Notes: generated from the sequence alone by a model not told the origin. Positions 37,660 to 47,929 are shown, numbered from the whole stretch's first letter. The stretch: DNA of 59,984 nucleotides, filler included, from 8 parts of 8 records of this genome joined end to end with filler, not necessarily neighbours in it; one strand, 5' to 3'. Translations and numbers: made by a program.

Positions 37660-37735
37660 TCACTTCCTGCGATAGCATTATCTATATCAGGTACTAGGGT
37701 CTAATCTCAGCCATAATGGGCACCCCCGGAGGTAT
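37660..37735 (-). ncRNA. TPP (thi-box) riboswitch
   Basis: Minus strand GGGGGTGC..GGCTGAGA..ACCC..ACCTGAT..GATAATGC..CGCAGGAA, upstream of thiN-thiB-thiP. Confidence 0.93.
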
Positions 37736-37747
37736 ATAATTTTTAAT

Positions 37748-37776
37748 ATTATATTATAGATTGGATTTTTTAGCAA
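37748..37776 (-). promoter_or_regulatory. sigma70 promoter of the thi operon
   Basis: TTGCTA-17 bp-TATAAT on the minus strand just upstream of the riboswitch. Confidence 0.7.
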
Positions 37777-37957
37777 GTTAATAATATATTTTTTGTGATA
37801 ATTACAAAATTTTGGAGGAAAAATCTTTTTTTGTTGTATACTTTAATAACTATTATTTTATCTAATATATTGCTTTAACTAAAATAGGACTAATTGATAA
37901 TGGGAATATTATCATTTAATTATTAAACAAAATTAATTCATCGGAGGGATTGGTACT

Positions 37958-38821
37958 ATGATAGGTTTTAAAAAGAAAAGTAAAAAAGAATCGACATCGG
38001 CAAATTTATCTGAGAACATTTTAGTATGTAAAAGCGCGTTTGAAAAACTTATTGAACTCGAGGGGAGAAAGTTTGAGATTAAATCAAATCTCATAAAAAT
38101 GGAAGATGAGCTTGAACTATTATTAAGTGAAAAAGATGAGTTAAAAAAGAATATCGTTGAAGCAAAGCAAAAGTTTATGTCTACTGAAACTATGGAGGAT
38201 TTTTCTATAACCGAAGAAATAGTAAATATGCAAAAGAAATATGTAGAGGCAAAAGATAAATTCAACGAAAAGTCAACAGCAGTAGAAGATATGAGAAATG
38301 AGTTTCAGGAAATAGAAGATTCTGAGAAAACTGAAAGTCAAAAGATAAGTAATGTAATTACTTCAAATCCAGGAGATTTTAAAGAGATGGATATTCCATT
38401 AACGAAAAGTCCTATAACTGAGGAAATGCAAGAAAATTTAAACTTTGAAGAAATAAGCAATGAAAAAGAGAGGTATATTAAATGTTTGGAGACATTGAAA
38501 GACCATAATATTAAGGAGTTTGAGTTAAATCTAAAAAAACTTACTGTTCTTGAACCTTTAAATCAGATAATAAGCCAAAATGAATTTATTCGCGGTCGTG
38601 TACTTGAGTTGAGAAATGAAATAAATGATCTTGATGATGAGGAATTTTTGCTAAATCAAGCGACATGGCAAGAGATTAACAAGTTAAGAGAAAAATATAT
38701 TGCCTTGAAAGAAAAGATGATAATTAAAAAAGAAAAATATAGAGAAATAACAGTTATGTTTAACGACAATTCTGTGAAAAAAGAGTACTTAGTTGAAATG
38801 ATAAATGGGATTGAAAAGTAG
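37958..38821 (+). CDS. Hypothetical coiled-coil protein
   Basis: GGAGGG RBS; E/K-rich heptad pattern; no recognisable motif. Confidence 0.7.
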   Translation: MIGFKKKSKKESTSANLSENILVCKSAFEKLIELEGRKFEIKSNLIKMEDELELLLSEKDELKKNIVEAKQKFMSTETMEDFSITEEIVNMQKKYVEAKDKFNEKSTAVEDMRNEFQEIEDSEKTESQKISNVITSNPGDFKEMDIPLTKSPITEEMQENLNFEEISNEKERYIKCLETLKDHNIKEFELNLKKLTVLEPLNQIISQNEFIRGRVLELRNEINDLDDEEFLLNQATWQEINKLREKYIALKEKMIIKKEKYREITVMFNDNSVKKEYLVEMINGIEK

Positions 38822-38890
38822 AAGTCAACTATTTCGGCCGATATCCAACTATTAGTAGATTATTAATTTGATTTATGCATCAAATTGCTA

Positions 38891-38919
38891 TTGCAATTTT
38901 AATTAATATATGCTATTCT
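38891..38919 (+). promoter_or_regulatory. sigma70 promoter (extended -10) of the leader/ABC operon
   Basis: TTGCAA-17 bp-TATTCT preceded by TG. Confidence 0.6.
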
Positions 38920-38968
38920 TATTGTACATAAGTAGTATATTTTTACTCTTAAATTTGGAGGAATAGCA

Positions 38969-39022
38969 ATGAAAATCATTAGTTTAAATTTTGAAGATTA
39001 CCATCATCACCATAGTTTATAG
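38969..39022 (+). CDS. Histidine-rich attenuator leader peptide MKIISLNFEDYHHHHSL
   Basis: GGAGG RBS; four consecutive His codons CAT CAT CAC CAT (39002-39013); followed by alternative stems and a terminator. Confidence 0.82.
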   Translation: MKIISLNFEDYHHHHSL

Positions 39023-39121
39023 AGTTTGTTTTTTGGTATTTATACCATAGAGGCAGACTTTCGAAAAAAAGAGTCTGTAACTATGGGTGAGTTTAACTAA
39101 TGTAATGATTTAATTTACAAT

Positions 39122-39150
39122 AAGCCACCTGATTATTCAGGTGGCCTTTT
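39122..39150 (+). terminator. Attenuator terminator
   Basis: GCCACCTGA-TTAT-TCAGGTGGC followed by CTTTT, about 35 nt before the ABC gene start. Confidence 0.85.
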
Positions 39151-39183
39151 ATATTTATTATAACAAAATTAGGAGGGCGTTTT

Positions 39184-39995
39184 ATGAAAAAGGTTACATT
39201 ACTATTAATGGTGTCAATTTTATTGGTATCGCTATCTGTATCTTCATTTGGTTTCTTTGGTAAGAAGGATTCACTTAAAGAAGTAAAAAAGAAAGGGAAA
39301 ATCATCGTTGGATTAGATGATACTTTCGCTCCAATGGGATTCAGAGATTCAAAAGGAAATATTGTTGGTTTTGATATCGATTTCGCGAAAGCTGTAGGAG
39401 AGAAACTTGGGGTAGCTGTAGAATTCAAACCATGTGAGTGGAGTGGGATTATATTTGAATTAAAGAGTAAAAATATCGACATTGTTTGGAACGGTATGAC
39501 TATTACTGAACAAAGACAAAAACAGATTAATTTCTCAAATCCATATTTAGCAAACAGACAAATTATCATTACTTTAGCTGACTCAGCTGTAGGAACAAAA
39601 GCTGCATTAGCTGGGAACAAATTAGGAATTCAATTAGGTAGTAGTGCAGATGCAGCAGTTTCTGACGATGCAATCGCTAGTAAGATTAAAGAAATTAGAA
39701 AATATGATACAAATGCAGAAGCTTTACTTGACCTAGAAGCAGGAAGATTAGATGCAGTTGTTATGGATGAAATAGCAGCTAGATACGCAATTGCTAAAAA
39801 AGAAAAAGAGTTGGAAAGAAAATCTTCAATGTTCTAAGTGATAACTTCGGAAATGAAGAGTTTGGAATAGGAATAAGAAAAGAGGATAACACATTAAAAG
39901 AAGCAATCGACCAGGCTATCCAAGATTTAATTGCTGATGGGACAGCAGGTAAAATCTCTGAGGAATGGTTCGGAGAAGATGTAGTTTTAAGATAA
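39184..39995 (+). CDS. Polar amino-acid ABC transporter substrate-binding protein (probably histidine), frameshift near 39808
   Basis: GLDDTFAPMGF, GFDID, IDIVWNG, RLDAVVMD; the tail ...EEFGIGIRKED...ISEEWFGEDVVLR* is in a shifted frame, ending at 39995. Confidence 0.88.
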
Positions 39996-40021
39996 TTAAG
40001 CTATTAATTTCATTATATTGA

Positions 40022-40042
40022 GATGAGGCAGTATGCCTCATC
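40022..40042 (+). other. Intra-operon stem-loop (mRNA stabiliser or weak terminator)
   Basis: GATGAGGCA-GTA-TGCCTCATC. Confidence 0.5.
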
Positions 40043-40122
40043 CAATGTTTTAAATATATTTTATTAATTTGCAAGTATATTTGAAACATTGTAATTGTAC
40101 AGAAATGAAAGGATGATAATAA

Positions 40123-40748
40123 ATGAATGAAATAATGGATATGACCTTTTACATATTAAGAGGTTTAGGGATAACTCTCAAATTGTATATTGCAACTTTT
40201 GTCTTTGCCGTTCCTCTAGGAATTGCTTTGGCCTTAGTGACAGTATCAAAACGTGAAGTATTAAAGAAGTTTATAGCAGTTTACACATGGGTTTTTAGGG
40301 GAACGCCTCTACTTTTACAACTTTTCTTTGTATACTATGGTTTGCCAATATTTGGACTTACCTTATCGCCGTTTGGTGCGTCAACTCTTACTTTTGTTAT
40401 TAACTATACTGCCTATTTAATAGAGATATTTAGAGGTGGTTTAGAGAGTATTGATAAAGGTCAGTATGAAGCTTCTAAAGTTCTTGGATTAACATATGCA
40501 CAAACAATGAGAGAAGTAATTTTACCTCAAGCAATTAGAAGAGTTTTACCATCATTATCAAATGAAGCCATTACTTTAATTAAGGATACAGCACTGGTAT
40601 CTGTTATAGGTATGGCAGAGTTACTTAGAAACTCAAAAGAGATTGTAAGTAGAGAATTTACAATTATTCCATTTATGATTGCAGCTGTTATATACTTACT
40701 TATAAGTTCTGTAGTTGTAATGTTATTTAAATATATCGAGAAGAAAAA
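40123..40748 (+). CDS. Amino-acid ABC transporter permease (stop codon lost at contig end)
   Basis: FRGTPLLLQL, EIFRGG..GQYEA..LG, ILPQA, KDTAL. Confidence 0.93.
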
Positions 40749-40848
40749 NNNNNNNNNNNNNNNNNNNNNNNNNNNNNNNNNNNNNNNNNNNNTTAATTAA
40801 TTAANNNNNNNNNNNNNNNNNNNNNNNNNNNNNNNNNNNNNNNNNNNN
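40749..40848. other. Artificial contig spacer
   Basis: N44-TTAATTAATTAA-N44. Confidence 0.99.
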
Positions 40849-40863
40849 ACCTATCAATATATT

Positions 40864-40916
40864 GGTGTTCAAATCCAAGTATTTTTTCTCAATTCCATAT
40901 TTGAGATTTGGACACC
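40864..40916. repeat. Inverted repeat/stem-loop
   Basis: GGTGTTCAAATC...GATTTGGACACC. Confidence 0.55.
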
Positions 40917-41019
40917 TTTATATTAGCAATTTAATTTGTTTATCAAAAATTTAGTAAATATTAAGGAATGTTTAAGTGGTTAGAAGATGGCGTTTAATAA
41001 TTTAAAGGAGATGGTCGTA

Positions 41020-41139
41020 ATGTGTAAAAAGTGTAGAGAAGAAAAATTAATGTCAAATTGTTCAGTATGCATCATTGGGAAGAAGAAAATGGAAGCTAGG
41101 TTAACCGCTACTATCAAAGTGAACAAAATAAAAGCTTAG
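41020..41139 (+). CDS. Small CxxC-x8-CxxC protein (39 aa)
   Basis: AAGGAG RBS; MCKKCREEKLMSNCSVCIIGKKKMEARLTATIKVNKIKA*; ends 25 nt before gdhA. Confidence 0.55.
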   Translation: MCKKCREEKLMSNCSVCIIGKKKMEARLTATIKVNKIKA

Positions 41140-41164
41140 TTTAAGCAAAGGATGTGTTGATAAT

Positions 41165-42511
41165 TTGTTTACTTATGTGAGAGATGTATACGAAAAGATA
41201 AAAGTCAAAAACCCAAATGAACCAGAATTTTTACAGGCTGTAGAGGAGATATTTTCTACTTTATCACCAGTAATGGAACAGCATCCAGAATGGAAAAAAG
41301 CAAATATTCTGGAACGTATAGCGGAGCCTGAAAGACAGATAATTTTCCGTGTTCCATGGATAAATGATAAGGGAGAACTAGAAGTAAACAGAGGATATCG
41401 AATACAGTTTAATGGTGCAATTGGACCTTATAAAGGTGGTTTGAGATTTCATAAATCCGTTAATCTTGGTACGATTAAATTTTTAGGATTTGAACAAATA
41501 TTTAAAAATTCTCTTACAGGTTTACCTATTGGTGCAGGGAAGGGTGGTTCCGACTTTAACCCGGTAGGGAAATCTGATAATGAAATCATGCGATTCTGTG
41601 AAAGCTTCATGACTGAACTTCAGAGGCATATAGGCCCTGATGTGGATATCCCAGCAGGTGATATCGGAGTAGGGATGAAGGAGATTGGATATATGTATGG
41701 ACAGTATAGAAGAATTCGAGGCTCATTTGAGAGTGGTGTTGTTACAGGAAAGGGTGTACAATACGGCGGTTCTCATATACGTCCAGAAGCTACTGGTTTT
41801 GGAGTAGTGTTCTTTGCAAATGAGATGCTGAAGTATCACAATGAAAACTTCGATGGTAAGAAGGTTGCTATTTCGGGATTTGGAAATGTTAGTTGGGGTA
41901 CGTGTCTAAAGGTAAGAGATCTAGGTGGGAAAGTTATAACTTTATCTGGTCCAGATGGCTATATTTATGACCCAGACGGAGTTATAACCGACGAGAAAAT
42001 AAATTATCTGTTAGAGATGAGAAACTCAGGTAGAGACAGAGTCCAAGATTATGCAGATAAATTCAATGTTAGTTTTTATAAAGGTAAAAAACCATGGGAA
42101 ATAAAAGCAGATATAATAATTCCCTGTGCAACACAAAATGAGATAAATCTGTGTGATGCACAGAAAATTGTTGAAAACGGTGTAAAATATATAATTGAAG
42201 GCTCAAATATGCCTACATCAAATACTGCTATGGCTTATTTGCAAAAAAGTGGAGTTAAAATAGCTCCTGCTAAAGCTGCTAATGCAGGTGGAGTAGCCAC
42301 ATCAGTTCTTGAGATGTCACAAAACTCAATGAGAGTTTCATGGACTCAGGAGGAAGTAGAAGCTAAATTGAAAGATATTATGATTAGTATCCATGATAGC
42401 GTTGCGAATGCTGCCAATAAATATGGATTTGGTTATAACCTTGTTGCCGGCTCAAACATTGCCGGTTTTGAAAAGGTAGCAAATGCAATGATGGCACAAG
42501 GAGTGTATTAA
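41165..42511 (+). CDS. gdhA: NADP-specific glutamate dehydrogenase
   Basis: EPEFLQAV, GPYKGGLRFH, FEQIFKNSLT, PAGDIGVG, RPEATGFG, GFGNV, KAANAGGV. Confidence 0.96.
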   Translation: MFTYVRDVYEKIKVKNPNEPEFLQAVEEIFSTLSPVMEQHPEWKKANILERIAEPERQIIFRVPWINDKGELEVNRGYRIQFNGAIGPYKGGLRFHKSVNLGTIKFLGFEQIFKNSLTGLPIGAGKGGSDFNPVGKSDNEIMRFCESFMTELQRHIGPDVDIPAGDIGVGMKEIGYMYGQYRRIRGSFESGVVTGKGVQYGGSHIRPEATGFGVVFFANEMLKYHNENFDGKKVAISGFGNVSWGTCLKVRDLGGKVITLSGPDGYIYDPDGVITDEKINYLLEMRNSGRDRVQDYADKFNVSFYKGKKPWEIKADIIIPCATQNEINLCDAQKIVENGVKYIIEGSNMPTSNTAMAYLQKSGVKIAPAKAANAGGVATSVLEMSQNSMRVSWTQEEVEAKLKDIMISIHDSVANAANKYGFGYNLVAGSNIAGFEKVANAMMAQGVY

Positions 42512-42552
42512 TAGAATATTATCTATAATTTTTTCATAATACTCAACATTTT

Positions 42553-42600
42553 ATAACCAAAGGAGGGAGACAGTTAAAACTGTTTCCCTCCTTTGGTTGT
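42553..42600. terminator. Long bidirectional terminator
   Basis: AACCAAAGGAGGGAGACAGTT-AA-AACTGTTTCCCTCCTTTGGTT. Confidence 0.85.
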
Positions 42601-42608
42601 ATCTCTAT

Positions 42609-43778
42609 TTAATTAATCTCATTTAGCATAAGAGCGATACTATAAACTAATCTGGTATTTAAATCAGATAAGTCACAATCAAGTATCTCTTGAATTTTAT
42701 TTAATTTATAGTTAATGGTATTTCGGTGATAAAATAGCTGTGCCGCTACCTCCTTGACACTCCCACTATGATTCAAATAAGATTCCAGTACAGTCACGTA
42801 GTCTGTATTATTATCCTCATCATATTTGATTAATGGCGCAAGAGTCTCATCAAAATAATCATCAATAACCTCTTTATCTTCCATTGAGAGAAGTAATTTA
42901 TATAAACCTAAATTCTTATATAAAATTAGCTCGTTACTCTTTCCCTGCTTCTTTTGAAGTTTTAGAGCATCAATTGCCTGCCTATAACTTTTTGATATAG
43001 TTTTGATATCCTGTGTAGCTTCTCCAAGCGCAAAACATATCTTAGTGTCGGGAATAATGTGATTAACAAATACATCACAAACTTTTGAACAGATGTTTAA
43101 TACTTCTTTTCGTGTGAATTCTGCGAAAACAACTATATATTTTCCCTCTAGCTCAAATACAAAACATCTCTTATGCGCATAGGTAATCATATTTTCAAAT
43201 AGTTTAGTTAATCTGGATTTTACCTTTTTATCTATAATTATTTCATTCTTTTCACTTAGTACCTCTATAATTCCAATTTTATATGACCATTCCGATTTAA
43301 AGTCATATCTCTCTAATTGTGGGATATATAGTTCCTGCTGGTCTTTGAAAAATATAGCATTCTTTATAGCTGATGACAACTCAACATTTTCTCTATCAGA
43401 AATCGTTATCTTGTAACAGAAATCCCTCATAACTTCAGCCATATAGACTTCCCATGGTGCTTCTAACAAAGGAAAATCATGCTCATCACAGAACTCTAAA
43501 ACTTCTTCTGGTATCTCAGGTATAAAAGGTCCTGTATTTATGATCATTCCACTAGCATGATGGTTATAAACGAACTGGACAAGCTCAAGTATGCTGTTCT
43601 CACCAAGAGCAATCCCTGTGGTAAAAGCAAGTTCCTGTTTCTCAAGGAACATAGTAATCTTAACTCCCTCAACCATATGAACCCATCTAACTACATTGTC
43701 TATTCCTTTTTTACCAGCTACTAATTTTAAATTGTTATCTTTAAATGATGTGTATAATTCCCTTAATTTAACAGCCAT
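42609..43778 (-). CDS. PucR/CdaR family transcriptional regulator
   Basis: LVAGKKG..VRWVHMVE PucR domain; C-terminal AAQLFYHRNTINYKL HTH. Confidence 0.92.
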   Translation of the reverse strand: MAVKLRELYTSFKDNNLKLVAGKKGIDNVVRWVHMVEGVKITMFLEKQELAFTTGIALGENSILELVQFVYNHHASGMIINTGPFIPEIPEEVLEFCDEHDFPLLEAPWEVYMAEVMRDFCYKITISDRENVELSSAIKNAIFFKDQQELYIPQLERYDFKSEWSYKIGIIEVLSEKNEIIIDKKVKSRLTKLFENMITYAHKRCFVFELEGKYIVVFAEFTRKEVLNICSKVCDVFVNHIIPDTKICFALGEATQDIKTISKSYRQAIDALKLQKKQGKSNELILYKNLGLYKLLLSMEDKEVIDDYFDETLAPLIKYDEDNNTDYVTVLESYLNHSGSVKEVAAQLFYHRNTINYKLNKIQEILDCDLSDLNTRLVYSIALMLNEIN

Positions 43779-43897
43779 ATTATCCCTCTACTTATAATAA
43801 ATTATGATATTATTAATAATATGGTACTACTTTTAACATAAGTTGTCAATTTTAATAAAATATATGTTATATCAAATTATTATATGTAGAGTTTATT

Positions 43898-45901
43898 TTA
43901 AATTTTATTTTCACTTAACTCTGAGTACAATATTTCGGCTGATTTATCATTTGGATATTTTTTTATATGTTCAGATAGATAATTCAATACTTCATAAATT
44001 TCTCCATCTAAATAGGCTAAGAAATGTTTTGTGAAACTGTTGTGCATCTCATATTCGGGGTGACTCTCAGCAAAGTGGCGCTCCTCAACTAATTGATAAA
44101 CCATCATTTTTTCTTTTTTACCTTTTAGTGACGTTAAACCCAGAGGTCTACAGAAAAACTCATCTTTCACTTTTAAGTAAGTTTCTTCACTAATTATTAC
44201 CTCAACACCATATACTTTGCATAGCGCTTCTAAACGTGCTGTAATATTAACGGAATCACCCATAGCGGTATAGTTCATTCTTTTATTTGAGCCAACATTT
44301 CCAACTACTGTATATCCTGTATTTATTCCAATTCTAGTCTTGAGAACTGGTTTATTCTCGCTCTTCCATTTAGTATTAAGTTCCGTTATCATTTTCTGAC
44401 ATTCTAGCGCTGCCTTACAGGCCTTTATAGTATGATTCTCTACGTTTAACGGTGCTCCCCAAAATGACATAGTTCCATCACCAATAAATTTATCTACAAC
44501 ACCTTCTGTATAACTCACTATTTCACTAATCTCACCAAAATAATCACTTAGCTGTTTAACTAAATCATTTGCCTCTTTTTCCTCGGATATTCTTGTGAAG
44601 TTTTCTATATCAGTAAACATTAGAGTAATCTCTTTCTTTTCTCCACCGAGTTTTGCTTCTATATTATTATTAATCATCTTGGTAACTAAATTAAACGGTA
44701 TATACTTAGTAAAGGAGTTCATCGCTGTTCTTAACGACTCAAGTGATGTTTGCATTTGATAAACTTCATATATAATAGATGTTTTAGGTATTTCGGAATA
44801 GAAATTTAAATCTGTTAATTTTTCTGCATCTACAGTTAATTTCTGTATAGAAGTAGATATCCGATTTATCAGTTTAATCAAAAGAAACAGGGCAACTAAT
44901 AAAACTAATATTGATAATAGTATAGAATTTTTGAGAGTTTCGTTTACTCCGCCAAAAATTTCATTCTCCTTAACAACTATTACAAGTCTATATTCTACAT
45001 TTTGAAACATAATATTGGATATTTTACCGAAGTAATTATCACCATTAAACTGGAAAAATTTAGAAGCATTAGTGCTATTTCCCAAATATTTAAAAGCTTC
45101 TCCAACTTGACTATTAAGTGAGTTAATATTAGTATTTATCAACCTATATTCTGAGTTACTAAAATCAATATCAGAGTATGCTACAATATTTCCACTTTTG
45201 CTAACGATGTATGATAATTCAGTTTCATAAGTCTTTTCAGCTTTTAGAAATTTGGATATATCATCGAGAGTTATATCTGACGATATTACACCAAATTTCT
45301 TAGCACTCTTTTTATCAATCAAAGGATAACTAATAGTAATCCCAGGTTTTCTAATCGATTGAAAAATATAAGGTTCAGTCCAGTAAGCTTTCATTTCATT
45401 TGCTACATTCTTATACCACTTTCTAACCCTGTGATCATATTGAGGCTCCTCTGTTGATCTATTTATTATATTATAATTTTTATCTCTAAATTCCCATATT
45501 TCAATATTTTTATCTCTATTTATTAGCCTTGTAGCTAGCCACGGTTCCTTCCTAACCTGAGTCCAATTCCCTTCGACATCTGCAATGTATATAAAGTCAA
45601 TTTGCTTATATCTATTCATATATTCCCACATTAATTCAAGGTATTTTTTCCGCTTGCCATTTTTCATATAATCTTTATCGATTATTATATCTGATAGATG
45701 CTTAGTCTGTTGCTCTACTGGATAAAATAAACTATTTAGCTTCTCGGAAATAATTGAAGCTTGTTTATCAAAATTTTGGTCTGCCATTTCATAAATAATT
45801 TTTCTACTTGTTGTGTAGTTATATATAATGATTGTTATAGCAGTTGCAATTATCAAGATTGCACTTGTTACCCCTATTGTTAATTTAAACTTTACTTTCA
45901 T
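43898..45901 (-). CDS. Membrane class III adenylate/guanylate cyclase with dCache sensor and HAMP
   Basis: TM; YDHRVRKWY..YWTEPY dCache; TM; FTDIENFT, DKFIGDG, RIGINTG, GDSVNITARLE (K at the base-specifying position suggests ATP). Confidence 0.9.
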   Translation of the reverse strand: MKVKFKLTIGVTSAILIIATAITIIIYNYTTSRKIIYEMADQNFDKQASIISEKLNSLFYPVEQQTKHLSDIIIDKDYMKNGKRKKYLELMWEYMNRYKQIDFIYIADVEGNWTQVRKEPWLATRLINRDKNIEIWEFRDKNYNIINRSTEEPQYDHRVRKWYKNVANEMKAYWTEPYIFQSIRKPGITISYPLIDKKSAKKFGVISSDITLDDISKFLKAEKTYETELSYIVSKSGNIVAYSDIDFSNSEYRLINTNINSLNSQVGEAFKYLGNSTNASKFFQFNGDNYFGKISNIMFQNVEYRLVIVVKENEIFGGVNETLKNSILLSILVLLVALFLLIKLINRISTSIQKLTVDAEKLTDLNFYSEIPKTSIIYEVYQMQTSLESLRTAMNSFTKYIPFNLVTKMINNNIEAKLGGEKKEITLMFTDIENFTRISEEKEANDLVKQLSDYFGEISEIVSYTEGVVDKFIGDGTMSFWGAPLNVENHTIKACKAALECQKMITELNTKWKSENKPVLKTRIGINTGYTVVGNVGSNKRMNYTAMGDSVNITARLEALCKVYGVEVIISEETYLKVKDEFFCRPLGLTSLKGKKEKMMVYQLVEERHFAESHPEYEMHNSFTKHFLAYLDGEIYEVLNYLSEHIKKYPNDKSAEILYSELSENKI

Positions 45902-46082
45902 ATTAACCGCCTCTTTTATACAAAATATGGTAACTTTTTATCTACTCTAAGAATATTTGTACAGTTTTTATTCAATTTTAATCTATATTTTATTCTAATT
46001 CAATATTTTTTTGTTGAAACGACCTATAAATGTTATAATACAGCTTAGAAATAATATTAATTTAATGAGAAAGGATGTATAA

Positions 46083-46649
46083 ATGAATATACTTTTATTT
46101 GTTGGAGTAATTTTGTTAGCTTATATTGCGCTTCAGTTTTTATTCATGAAAAACAGAAAAGAGATAGAGAGGCTTGAATTTATAGTATTAGTTATCCCTA
46201 TAGTTGGAGCTATTAAGGATTACTTAGAGATAAAACCTACATTGATTGAAATGGGAATTTCACTTGGTTTTAGTTACCTAATCATGTTTTTATTCGTAGC
46301 TCTATTTATTAGATTAGTTGGGATTCCGTTACAAGCAAACTGCGAATTTACAGAAGTAGTAAGACTATTTGATCGGGATAAGACATTTAAAAAAGAGCCC
46401 TCAGAAAAAAATAACTACAAGTTAGTATTCAAAGACAAAGATGGCGGAACAGTTAAGTTATCTAGAAGAAATGCAAGACTTACGAATGTTACAGTTCATT
46501 GTGATATAAATGTTATCTGGGCTTTTAGAAGAGAGATAGTTCAAAAAATAGCTAAACTTGATAAAGGAATCAGTAAAGAATATTATATTAATGGTTTACT
46601 TGGTGGAGTAGCTCTTGTAGGTATTGGACTTTGGTTATCATTTAGGTAA
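46083..46649 (+). CDS. Hypothetical membrane protein
   Basis: AAAGGA RBS; about 4 TM segments. Confidence 0.65.
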   Translation: MNILLFVGVILLAYIALQFLFMKNRKEIERLEFIVLVIPIVGAIKDYLEIKPTLIEMGISLGFSYLIMFLFVALFIRLVGIPLQANCEFTEVVRLFDRDKTFKKEPSEKNNYKLVFKDKDGGTVKLSRRNARLTNVTVHCDINVIWAFRREIVQKIAKLDKGISKEYYINGLLGGVALVGIGLWLSFR

Positions 46650-46661
46650 TTAAATCTCCCC

Positions 46662-46761
46662 NNNNNNNNNNNNNNNNNNNNNNNNNNNNNNNNNNNNNNN
46701 NNNNNTTAATTAATTAANNNNNNNNNNNNNNNNNNNNNNNNNNNNNNNNNNNNNNNNNNNN
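46662..46761. other. Artificial contig spacer
   Basis: N44-TTAATTAATTAA-N44. Confidence 0.99.
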
Positions 46762-46890
46762 TATTCGTCTTTTTCACTACTTCTGCGTTGATATTTCCTT
46801 AAATAGCTATTGTTATTCGCGTCAATTTCGCCTTGAATTAGTAAAAAATACTTCATAATACCTCCAAACAATAAAATTTAAACAGTCTCA
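46762..46890. mobile_element. Partial MITE-like element with IS5-type terminal repeat
   Basis: Ends AAATTTAAACAGTCTC (reverse GAGACTGTTTAAATTT); internal imperfect palindrome centred on AATAGCTATT; lies at a contig break. Confidence 0.45.
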
Positions 46891-46921
46891 TAGTTTTCTT
46901 CAATTAATGTATTGGAATAGC

Positions 46922-47302
46922 TTAATTGGTTTTCTTATATTGAAAAAGTGCGTAGCCAAACCCTAAGGTAAAAAACAGGTATATTGCAACTGCCGACCAT
47001 CCTAGTATTCCCATAATTCCGGTTAAAGTTGCCCAAAGAGTAACTAAAAAGTTAATTCCATCATATACAAACAAGTACAAAATTGCAGCGCGTAATGTAG
47101 TTGAACCTGTATCGTTTCTTGCGAACCATATTAGCAATAGGTTTCCAAACAAAGCCCCTCCATAAAGTCGGGCCATTACTACACCATTTATATCCAGTTC
47201 CAGTCCATAAATCCCCATTAGAAATACAGGAACAATTAACATTGGTAATCCAAAGCCAAGACAAACAATGGCTTTACAAATCATTAAAGTTTTAATTTTC
47301 AT
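46922..47302 (-). CDS. Small four-TM membrane protein
   Basis: 126 aa, four hydrophobic helices, ARLYGGAL. Confidence 0.75.
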   Translation of the reverse strand: MKIKTLMICKAIVCLGFGLPMLIVPVFLMGIYGLELDINGVVMARLYGGALFGNLLLIWFARNDTGSTTLRAAILYLFVYDGINFLVTLWATLTGIMGILGWSAVAIYLFFTLGFGYALFQYKKTN

Positions 47303-47604
47303 TTTGATTCTTTTTAGATGAATTATTTTGATTTTTACTTAGTCATACCCTAGCTTGATGTAACAGCATGACTTGAATTACTTTATTGAATTATTTTGGA
47401 AGTTTACTGTTGTAAATCTGATGTAAAATTTTCCACTCTCCATTTTCTTTTCGTAAAATTCGCAAAGCTGTTTTGGAAATTGGAATAACCAGACTATCGG
47501 ATTTTGGATAAATTTTCCGGTTACATTAGACCATACATAGGCAAACTCATCAATAACTTTTATTTCAGATGCCGGTTCTTCCAACACAACCCATAACATT
47601 TCCA

Positions 47605-47736
47605 TTATAGATTGAACCCTCTTTCGTCGGCAAAAAACATAAGCATTCCACGTACATGTGGTTGGTCTCCGTCGGTAGTTGCCATAAAGCAAACCGGATT
47701 TTCCTTTGCGAAAATGATAAATTCTTTCATATCCAT
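47605..47736 (-). pseudogene. Pyridoxamine 5'-phosphate oxidase-like N-terminal remnant
   Basis: MDMKEFIIFAKENPVCFMATTDGDQPHVRGMLMFFADERGFNL*; ATxDGDQPHVR is a PNPOx-family motif; truncated at 43 aa. Confidence 0.7.
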
Positions 47737-47929
47737 AATAGTTAAATTTTGGTTGTCTATTCAAGTTACGAAATAAACGCCTGAAAATCAACATGTTAAG
47801 TTTAATATAATGTTTGTTGACTTAAGCATGATTCATTTTGTTTATGAAGCTCTGTAACTCTTGTTGCACATATGGTTTGGAATTTTTATGGCAAAGTTTG
47901 TTTTTTGTATATTTCAACTAAAAAACATT

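Noticed and set aside
47378-47794. 138-aa hypothetical ORF
   Set aside because: Its 5' half is the out-of-frame shadow of the PNPOx-like remnant; likely a chimera of fragments.
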